Below are positions 9,594 to 16,939 of a stretch of DNA of 64,000 bases, in pieces. The stretch's first letter is position 1. Each line of letters opens with the position of its first letter. Made by a program: the position numbers and the translations under genes. Under the pieces are notes generated by a model. That model ran no database searches and was not told where the DNA came from. It saw only the letters and a program-made list of their open reading frames with translations. The DNA is from a bacterium (GTDB lineage Bacteria > UBA8248): positions 2,056,812 to 2,120,811 of the forward strand of contig OZ241875.1 of the NCBI GenBank assembly GCA_965203325.1, in the 5' to 3' direction.

Positions 9594-10365
9594 CCTTTTT
9601 GGCTTGTGTTGAGAGCATTGGGAGCCCTTCGGGATTCAATTGGTTTCAAAACTACCCCGACCCGCGCAACATTCTAGGCATAATTTACGGAGACGACCCT
9701 CGCTACCTACGCGTTCGTTGATGTTTGCGTGTGCGCGACCCGTTTTACTTGAGTGCGAACTGCACCCCGTATCACACGGTCGCAGGGAGATATCGTGCCG
9801 AGCGGCATGCATCGGAACACTAACATGCCTGAACCATTAGCAGAACATTTCAGCATGGAACCTCTGCCAGCTACTACTTGATTGTATAACTCGTGAATCT
9901 CGCATATTCCATTGTTAAAAGGGCAAAGAATTCTTGAACAAGATACTCCTTAACCCGAGATAGACAGACTACTATTGAGCATTTTGCCCGATTTCCGCCT
10001 GATGCCAAAACTTTCCAAAAGGACTTCAATCGAACAGTTCTAGGCCAAGTGTTAGTTGAGTAAATGTTTCGATTCTTATCAAAAAAGCATCACTCGATCA
10101 TTTCGTATCAACTTAATACAAATCTATTCACCGGTCTTGGTAAATGCATAGTGAGCAGGATGAGGTGTCAGTCTGAACATATCTGTAGCGATATTTTCGC
10201 TGATGTCGCCGATTCGATGGCTATTCGGCGCGAATTTCTCATAGAGGAAAATTCTTTCCAGATGATCCACGTTTCCTAGCTGGTGTTTGTCCTTGCCGAC
10301 ATCGGAAGTTTTACCTACGCATCTTCACTTGCCAAATCTGCCCAATCACACGGGCCCTTCTCCGA

Positions 10366-10656
10366 TTAGCCTAGCAATTCAGGCGCAACTTCAGAGATAT
10401 TCCGGCTGATTTGCTTGATTTCTTCGTCTCGTCCCGCCTTCTCCATGTCGCGGATGATGGCCTGCGTGGTGAACATGGCGGAGCGAAGCAGGTGGATTTC
10501 CGCTTCTGTGTGGGGCCATTCGCGGCGCTCCAGGGCTTCCATCACGAACTCTACTACCAGCCGGTTGGGCGACATTTCGCGCTTTTCGGCCTCATTTTCA
10601 ATTCGTTTCCACTGTTCGGGCGTGACTCTGATGTTCTTCTGTATTGTCTGAACCAT
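10366..10656 (-). CDS. ribbon-helix-helix (CopG/MobC-like) DNA-binding protein
   Basis: Start chosen at MVQTIQKNIRVTPEQWKRIENEAEKREMSPNRLVVEFVMEAL, with GGAG about 10 nt upstream. The beta-strand then helix-helix pattern is typical of RHH proteins. Confidence 0.7.
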   Translation of the reverse strand: MVQTIQKNIRVTPEQWKRIENEAEKREMSPNRLVVEFVMEALERREWPHTEAEIHLLRSAMFTTQAIIRDMEKAGRDEEIKQISRNISEVAPELLG

Positions 10657-10786
10657 TCGTTTCGCCGCTCCTATCAACAAGATTTTCATCCGTTCTAGTC
10701 GCAAAACGGCCGCAAAAATTCTCATTTCTTGCACCAAACGCATCCGCCGAGCTCCCAAAATCATACCCGCGACGCCGTTTCATGAA

Positions 10787-10940
10787 CTACCAAAATGGTA
10801 GCCATCATAGCGCAACGCACCTCCGGGTACTACCAATCTGGTATCTTGCAGAAAACCCCCGTATTACATCGTATTACAATGAGCATACGCCATTTTTAAG
10901 CGCAGGGATTTCAAAGAGATAGCGTGATACCAGATTGGTA
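10787..10940. promoter_or_regulatory. three TACCA-N3-TGGTA palindromic sites upstream of the RHH gene
   Basis: ctaccaaaatggtag (10787-10801), taccaatctggta (10831-10843) and taccagattggta (10928-10940). All lie 5' of the minus-strand RHH gene. Confidence 0.5.
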
Positions 10941-11334
10941 TTACTTGTTTCGGCACGACGGGGGTGCGCGGGGGGATGAACCGTAAAAGCCAGGTGTTGG
11001 AGATCGCAGTCATTCGCAGCCCACGCGACACGAGCATCAGCGATGCGTCCGGTGTGAAACCCGAAGCGCCGAAGGGCGTCAGATTGCCGGATTCGTGAGA
11101 ACGAACGACGGGGGAACTTGCGCCGGAGAGAATGGCGAGCGGGAGCCGCCGCGGCGATTGAGTGGACAGAGCGAGGGGCAAGAGGGGTGAGGGTGCTGAA
11201 CCTTGCGCCTGGATTCACAAGCGGCAGGCGAACAGGGCGCTGTAGTTTGCGCTTTTAATCACAAGCAGACGAACGACACGGGAAGAGACGGGCCGCGCCG
11301 CCGGGGTGGCGACGCGACCCGAGGAGTGTTCACA

Positions 11335-12294
11335 TCAGGCGGCCACGCGTTGCACGGGGATGCCGAGGGTGCGGGCCTTGTCGACGAGGTTGTCCGTGAT
11401 GCCCGAGCCGGGGAACGCGATCACGCCCTTGGGGAGGAGACTGAGCAGCTCGTCGTTGCGCCGGAAGGGAGCGGCCCTGCCGTGGGCGTCCCAGTCGGGC
11501 TTGCAGACGATCTGGTGGACGCCGTTCCGCTCGGCCCAGCCGGCTGCAATCTTCTCGGCGCCGGGGCCGCCGCCGTGGACGAGGACGACGTCGGCGTACT
11601 TGGCTTTCAGCTTGTCGAGCTGGCCGATGATTTTACCCGCGTCGGTGGCTTCCTTGCCGCCCGCGACGGCGACGAGGGTTCCCTGGGGGAGGTGGGCCGT
11701 GTTCTCGCGGTCCTTTTTCGCGCGCTGGAAGTCACGCGCCTCGATCACCGCCGACGTGAGCTTGCCGGTCTGGCTGACGTGCGATCCTCGCCGTGGCCGC
11801 CAGACCTCGCCGGTCTCGACGCGGTAGGCCTCGGCGGCCGTGTCGCGCAGCACCTCGAAGGCGTCGCGGCGGGCCGTGAGGTTCTCGGCGCGGTCGGTAG
11901 CGAGTTCGAGTTCACGGGACCTGATCTCGGAGCCGTCCTGCTCGCGCTGCAGTTCCCGGATGCCGGGGATGAGCTTGTCGGCGGCGCGGTCGAGGCGCTG
12001 TGTCTGCGCGTCGAGGGTGTTGACGAAGCCCCACAGGAGACTCGCCCGCTCGTCGGCGAGTTGCGTTCCGTCGGGTGCGGCCTCGGCGAGCAGGTGGAAT
12101 GCCTTGAGGACGGCGGCGGTGGCCTCCGCCTCGCCCCATACGGGCCGGTTGTCGAACTCGTCCGGTCCGGGAGTCGCGCCGAACAGCGCGGCTTGTTCGC
12201 AGACCATGGCGGTGAAGGATTCGTTCTGCGCTTCGATGTTGTCGACCTCGTGCATGATGTTCTCCTTGTGGTCGTGAGTCGCTGTGGCAGTCAT
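11335..12294 (-). CDS. DUF2493 (SLOG/DprA-like) domain protein of ICE/plasmid type
   Basis: AAAGGAG RBS 7 nt upstream. C-terminal block VVLVHGGGPGAEKIAAGWAERNGVHQIVCKPDWDAHGRAAPFRRNDELL..GVIAFPGSGITDNLVDKARTLGIPV. Confidence 0.85.
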   Translation of the reverse strand: MTATATHDHKENIMHEVDNIEAQNESFTAMVCEQAALFGATPGPDEFDNRPVWGEAEATAAVLKAFHLLAEAAPDGTQLADERASLLWGFVNTLDAQTQRLDRAADKLIPGIRELQREQDGSEIRSRELELATDRAENLTARRDAFEVLRDTAAEAYRVETGEVWRPRRGSHVSQTGKLTSAVIEARDFQRAKKDRENTAHLPQGTLVAVAGGKEATDAGKIIGQLDKLKAKYADVVLVHGGGPGAEKIAAGWAERNGVHQIVCKPDWDAHGRAAPFRRNDELLSLLPKGVIAFPGSGITDNLVDKARTLGIPVQRVAA

Positions 12295-12315
12295 CGTTCA
12301 CTCCTTTCGTTGTCC

Positions 12316-12690
12316 TCAAGCGAGGGGATGGTTGAATTCGGGAAGAGCGTAGCCACGCTCGTTGCGCCCCACTTCTTTCGGCATCTCGTCGAGATACCTG
12401 GCGGCCCACTCGGCGGCGCGTGCGAGTACGTCGCCGTGGCACGGAAGGGGATGGCAGTGGCAGCCGAGCTCGCAGCCTTGCAGGTCGGCGAGTTCGTAGA
12501 GGTCCTGCTCCTCGCGCCGGATTCTTTCCCACAGCCATCGCCGGTACTTCTCGATGACCTCGGCGCGCTCGCCGTCTTTGCCGACCCGGAAGGGGTTTCC
12601 CCACTTGGTCATGCGGTCGATCCTGACCAGCAATCCGCCGCCGAATTGAGGCGCAACATAGTCGTTCAGATTCACCACGGTGGTTTCCAT
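12316..12690 (-). CDS. DUF4326 domain protein
   Basis: AAGGAGAAAGG RBS. Motifs KWGNPF, YRRWLW, L.GCELGCHCHPLPCHGDVL. Confidence 0.8.
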   Translation of the reverse strand: METTVVNLNDYVAPQFGGGLLVRIDRMTKWGNPFRVGKDGERAEVIEKYRRWLWERIRREEQDLYELADLQGCELGCHCHPLPCHGDVLARAAEWAARYLDEMPKEVGRNERGYALPEFNHPLA

Positions 12691-13212
12691 GCCTTTCTCC
12701 TTTCCAGAGAGTTAACGGATGCGCTTCTTAGCGCCCCATTTTCAGCACGTGGTAGGCGTGGGCGTCAGGGGCGGTTTTCCGTCTTTTTTCACCCGGAGGG
12801 CGCGCAGCGGAAAAAATCCACGCTTCACCGATTTTTTCTGAAAAAAGATGCTTTTGCGTCTTTTGCAAAAGCACCCTTGACCCCGCGCCGTGCGTGCTAA
12901 AATGGGAGCGCTAAGAGAGAGAGGGTAGTACCGCCACCGGGACACAAGAGCCTTTGGTGTTTCACGATGAAGGCGAAGCTCATCGGGAAACAGTCTCTCA
13001 TGCTGCGGAAAGGGTCATTTCGGGCCGTCTTTTCCGGCCCGAAATTCCCGCAGCGGGGGGTGGACCGAGCCACTATCCAGAATATGGGATGATTGCAGGT
13101 GCAGGCGGATCTTCCGTGAACACGGTTCATCGTTCACGGAGCCGGAGATTTACCGGGTGTTTCCTGTAGATGTGAGAGCCGACAGGGCGGACCTTCTCTG
13201 GATAGCGAGCAT

Positions 13213-13244
13213 AAAAAAAGGGCTGACGCCGAAGCGCCAGCCCC
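13213..13244 (-). terminator. Rho-independent terminator after ssb
   Basis: On the minus strand, a GGGCTG..CAGCCC hairpin (13220-13243) is followed by T7 (13213-19). It starts 10 nt after the ssb stop. Confidence 0.6.
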
Positions 13245-13253
13245 TTGAAGCGC

Positions 13254-13694
13254 TCAAAACGGAATTTCTTCGCCCACTACGCCGGCGGTCGCCGCCACAG
13301 CCGTCGTCTCGGCGTGCGCGCCGTTGCCATTGCCGTTCCCGTTCACCTTCTCGAGGAACTGCACGCGCCCGCCCGGCGCGATGAGGATCTCGGTCGAGAA
13401 GCGATCCGAGTCTTCCCCGTCCTTCTTCCAGCGGCGGGTCTGCAGCTTGCCCGCCACGTAGACCAGGCGGCCCTTCTTCGCGTGCTTCTCGAACATGTCC
13501 ACCAGGCCGGGCTGGAAGGTCACGACCCGGTGCCACTCGGTTTTGTCCACCCGCTCGCCGGACTGCTTGTCGACGTAGCCCTCGTCGGTGGCGATCGAGA
13601 GGTTGGCGACGCGCCCCCCGCTCGTGAGGTGGTTGATGTCGGCGTCGGCGCCGAGACGCCCGATCAGTTCCGCTCTGTTGAGTCCGAATGCCAT
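13254..13694 (-). CDS. ssb: single-stranded DNA-binding protein
   Basis: N-terminus MAFGLNRAELIGRLGADADI. OB-fold motifs TEWHRVV and VYVAGKLQTRRW. Gly/Asn-rich linker and acidic tail EEIPF. AAGGAG RBS. Confidence 0.95.
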   Translation of the reverse strand: MAFGLNRAELIGRLGADADINHLTSGGRVANLSIATDEGYVDKQSGERVDKTEWHRVVTFQPGLVDMFEKHAKKGRLVYVAGKLQTRRWKKDGEDSDRFSTEILIAPGGRVQFLEKVNGNGNGNGAHAETTAVAATAGVVGEEIPF

Positions 13695-13774
13695 TGTAAT
13701 ACTCCTTCATGGTGTGGTGTGGATGATGAAGTGGAAGGGCCGGGAAGCCTCTCTCCCCGATCCCCCGATCTGCC

Positions 13775-13906
13775 CTATTCCCTCCTGAACTCCTCCTCGC
13801 CCCCCGCCTCGTCGCGGATCTTGCGGATCGTGTACGCGTCGAGTCCGAGTTCTGCGAGCAGTTCGTCCGTGGTGGGAACATCGACGTCGAAGTCGTTCTC
13901 GTACAT
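13775..13906 (-). CDS. hypothetical 43-aa acidic protein
   Basis: AGGAGG sits 8 nt before the ATG. Peptide MYENDFDVDVPTTDELLAELGLDAYTIRKIRDEAGGEEEFRRE. Confidence 0.45.
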   Translation of the reverse strand: MYENDFDVDVPTTDELLAELGLDAYTIRKIRDEAGGEEEFRRE

Positions 13907-14098
13907 GGCCAAGCCTCCTATCGGTTGTCGCACCCGGCAGCGGGAGCTGGAGACCGTCTCCCTCTCCCCTGCCGGGCCTTTGCCCGGCTCCCCGCTTCGC
14001 TCTTCCTCTGCGGGGAGGGGCGCGACCGGTGAAAACCCCCCGCATACCGCGCCCGGGCCCGGCCTTGCGCCCGCTACGGAATTCGGGTCAGATGGGAC

Positions 14099-14458
14099 AT
14101 GGACAACAGCAGAGGCATCAGGCGGTGCGGCTTCTGGGCGCCGGCGCTCCTGTGGCTGCCGCTCGGGGTGTTCGTGACCGCCGCCGTGCTCTTCTGGACG
14201 GCGCCCGAGGCCTGGACGCCGATGTTCCCGGAATCGGCGGCTTCCCTGGCGCCGTGCGGGTTGCCCCTCGCCCTGGCTTGCCGGCAGATATGGCGGCTGG
14301 GTTGGCGCCGAGCCGCCTGGGCGACGTGGGCGGTGCTCGGAGCGGTAACGGCGCCCATGGTGACGGGACTCCCTGGCCCGCTCGCGATAGCCGCCTGGGC
14401 GGTCGTTCTCAGCCTCCCGGCCTGGCTGTTGTGGTGGTGGCTCCCCGTGCCGGACTGA
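14099..14458 (+). CDS. small integral membrane protein (4 TM), paralog of 43766-44128
   Basis: Shares FWA.ALLWLP.G, APCGLPLAL.CR..WRLG.RR.AW, GP.AIA..AV.LSLP.W with the second copy. Confidence 0.65.
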   Translation: MDNSRGIRRCGFWAPALLWLPLGVFVTAAVLFWTAPEAWTPMFPESAASLAPCGLPLALACRQIWRLGWRRAAWATWAVLGAVTAPMVTGLPGPLAIAAWAVVLSLPAWLLWWWLPVPD

Positions 14459-14549
14459 AACCGGCCGGCTGCGCAGCAGGGCGGCGCTATCCCTACCCCC
14501 CGCCAGATGTATAAAGGCCGGCTGCAAGTGCAGGCGCGGCCGCCGACGC

Positions 14550-15359
14550 TCACGCCCAAGCAGTGATGGTTGCCATCACCGATGCGTCCTCGATGATTTC
14601 CACTTCCTCGCGGGAGAGCTTCTCGAAGGCGAGGTACATCGCCACCTCCTCCCAGGAGTCCCAGGGTCCGTGCTCCTCGCCCGTGGCGAGCTCTATTATG
14701 GTGAAGCGCGGCGGATAGACGGGCATCCCCTTGTGCTCTGCCGAGGAGTGATACGATCGGCTCGCGCAGGGAGCGCATCTCACCCCTGCGTCCGCATGGG
14801 CGCCGCAGTCGACGCAAACCGACCGTGCCCGCCTGTCGCGATAGCGCTTCCTGCTCGCGGCGTTCTTGCGCGGACGGCGCTTTACGTCCCTTGCGGCGCA
14901 CGAAGCGCACGTCGAAGCCTCATCGACGACTTCCGCACCGCACCGTCCGCAAAGCCCTTTCGCTCTCCTGGCGGCGTAGAGCTTACGCTCTTCAGCCCGC
15001 CTCGCCTCCTGGCAGGGTTCGCAGACGGCGCCGGCCTCGACGGGCTCGCGCCCGCAGCGCGGGCACAAGCCGGCCTCCACCCGCTCGCGCCTGCGCTTCC
15101 TCGCCCTCTCGCGCGCCATGCGGCGGCGGCTCTCGGGGCAGCGGCCGCCATATGGGGCTCCCCTCGCTCGGGCTTCGGCGTATCGGGCGCGTCGGGTTTC
15201 CCGGTCCCTCTCTCCGCAGGGCTCGCACAGACTGCGCCCGGGCGCGGGAGGAATCTTTCCGCACCGGGGACACATGCCCCGCGCGCGTCGGTCGGCGGTG
15301 CGTTTGCGGTGGCGTTCGCGCTCATACTCGCGGGCCTTTTCCAGGTCCTTGTAGGGCAT
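14550..15359 (-). CDS. hypothetical protein with four CxxC..CxxC zinc-ribbon repeats
   Basis: Start at MPYKDLEKAREYE with a GGAGGGAGG RBS. Repeats such as CPRCG..CEPC, CPRCG..CEPC, CGRCG..CASC, CVDCG..CAPC are separated by Arg-rich helices. Confidence 0.7.
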   Translation of the reverse strand: MPYKDLEKAREYERERHRKRTADRRARGMCPRCGKIPPAPGRSLCEPCGERDRETRRARYAEARARGAPYGGRCPESRRRMARERARKRRRERVEAGLCPRCGREPVEAGAVCEPCQEARRAEERKLYAARRAKGLCGRCGAEVVDEASTCASCAARDVKRRPRKNAASRKRYRDRRARSVCVDCGAHADAGVRCAPCASRSYHSSAEHKGMPVYPPRFTIIELATGEEHGPWDSWEEVAMYLAFEKLSREEVEIIEDASVMATITAWA

Positions 15360-15453
15360 CCCGCCTCCCTCCCCGGGGTGGATGGAATCCGTGCGGCCGG
15401 CGCCTGGCCGGCGAGACGTCTTGCGGGCGGAAGTCCTCCCGGGGGGGACTCCC

Positions 15454-15750
15454 TCACCGGGTGAGCATCCGGGCCCAGACGAGGTGCTCGCCCCACAGCT
15501 GCAGCCCGCTGCCGGGGACCCTGATCCCCGTGCAGACGATGAGCTCGTCCCGCGCGGGCCGCATCTCGCGTACGGCTTTCCGCGAGGCCGTCGCTCTCTT
15601 CTTCTTGCGCCTCCCGCTCTCCCTGTCGGGCACGGGCCTGATGTCACCATCGGCGGACTTGTAGCGTTTCACTTCGTAGCGTTCGTCCGCCAGGCCTCGG
15701 CCGAACAGGTGGGTGAGGAAAGTACTCGCTTCGGGTCCGGGTTTTCGCAT
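15454..15750 (-). CDS. hypothetical protein (98 aa)
   Basis: AAGGAGG RBS before the ATG. No recognisable motif. Confidence 0.5.
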   Translation of the reverse strand: MRKPGPEASTFLTHLFGRGLADERYEVKRYKSADGDIRPVPDRESGRRKKKRATASRKAVREMRPARDELIVCTGIRVPGSGLQLWGEHLVWARMLTR

Positions 15751-15939
15751 CGCGCGCCTCCTTGGGTGGGTGGATGATGGCGGCGGAGGCGAGCCACGAA
15801 CGCGAGAAGACTCCCTCCCGGCTCCCCTCCGCCGCCCCCTCCCGGCCGGCCTCCGCCTCCCGGTGGCGCAGAGCCGCCGCCGGCGGGAAAGACGGCGGTC
15901 CGTTCGTTCAGGGGGGGTCTTCGTTCGGCCCGGGGCCTT

Positions 15940-16281
15940 CTACGGGAAGGGTGCGTCCGGGTCCTGGCCGAACAGCTCTTCCTCCTCGGCATCGCGGCGC
16001 CAGGCGTAGCGTCCCGTCCGGGCGGACCACTCGAAGTCCTCCTCCCGCCCGTCGGGGAGTTCATGGCGATGAAAGGCCGTCCAGTCCCCGCGGCGGAACC
16101 CCCGCCACAGGACGCACGAGAAGGCAGTGAGGAGGCACCAGAGGGCCGAACAGGCCCAGGCGGCCCCCAGGTGGCGGAGGCCGCTGCCTGCCGCGAGAGA
16201 GAGGATTGTGGCGAGGAGTGCGAGGATGGGTCCCGCCAGGACGAGGACCCGGGTGGATCGGAATGGATTCCAGTTCGTCAT
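15940..16281 (-). CDS. hypothetical membrane protein (113 aa, 2 TM)
   Basis: Start at MTNWNPF with GGAGG 8 nt upstream. Hydrophobic stretches VLVLAGPILALLATILSLAA and AWACSALWCLLTAFSCVLW. Confidence 0.55.
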   Translation of the reverse strand: MTNWNPFRSTRVLVLAGPILALLATILSLAAGSGLRHLGAAWACSALWCLLTAFSCVLWRGFRRGDWTAFHRHELPDGREEDFEWSARTGRYAWRRDAEEEELFGQDPDAPFP

Positions 16282-16939
16282 GGGTCGCGCCTCCGGTGTT
16301 GCGGGTGAGGGGATCGCGGGCGCCGCCCGGCCTCTCAGGCCCGGCTCCCGCGCCCCATCACGGCCAGGCTCGGCCTCTCGCCGGCGCGGGGCCCGGGGGA
16401 GGCGCGCGATGAACGCCCCGGCGCCCGGGCGCTGGAATGCGGATATCGAAACCCCTTGCAAGCGGGCGGTTTTTCAGTTTATTTCCGTGCGGTGCGGACT
16501 ACCGTATGCACCCGGGATGAGCGAACGGGACGAAAGGAGAGACGCGCATGGACAAGAACGCCGGAAGTGGTGCGATCACGCCCCGGGCGGAGCGCCGGAG
16601 TATTGCCGCGATCAGGCTGTCCGGGCCGGCCGGAAGAGGGGGATGGCGCAATGATCCGGCAGGCACGCCCCGGGATGCGCAGACGCTTGATTCCCCTCGT
16701 TTGCGTTTTGATTGCTTGCTGCGGAAGGTGGGTTCCGGACGAGACCCGGGGGAAATGAATGCTTCTCGATGATATGAACGGGATCAGGAGATTTTACAGC
16801 CGCCGGAATCCCCCACCCTCTCTAACCACGCGGGAGAGCGGGATGCGCGCCCCCTCCCGCCGGGCGTCGGCGAGCGCGAGGAGGGGGATCGCGGTGAAGC
16901 GGGCCGGGAGGGACGGCCTGCGCTACCCCCGGTCCGCCC

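Noticed and set aside
10124-10270. 48-codon frame (VDHLERIFLYEKFAPNSHRIGDISENIATDMFRLTPHPAHYAFTKTGE) just downstream of the RHH gene. It could be a relic of a toxin partner.
   Set aside because: It has only a GTG start, no RBS and no recognisable motif, and is too short to support a call.
12897-13169. ORFs 12954-13169(+) and 12897-13130(-) in the ssb/DUF4326 spacer.
   Set aside because: They overlap each other on opposite strands, lack an RBS, and are dominated by the hairpin sequences. The region is treated as non-coding (see finding).
16548-16772. 74-aa ORF with a strong AAAGGAGAG RBS, and an overlapping 35-aa lipoprotein-like ORF (16651-16758, MIRQARPGMRRRLIPLVCVLIACCG..).
   Set aside because: Third-position GC is weak for this genome, the composition is odd, and no motif is present. 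I cannot decide between the two frames, so the region is left unannotated.
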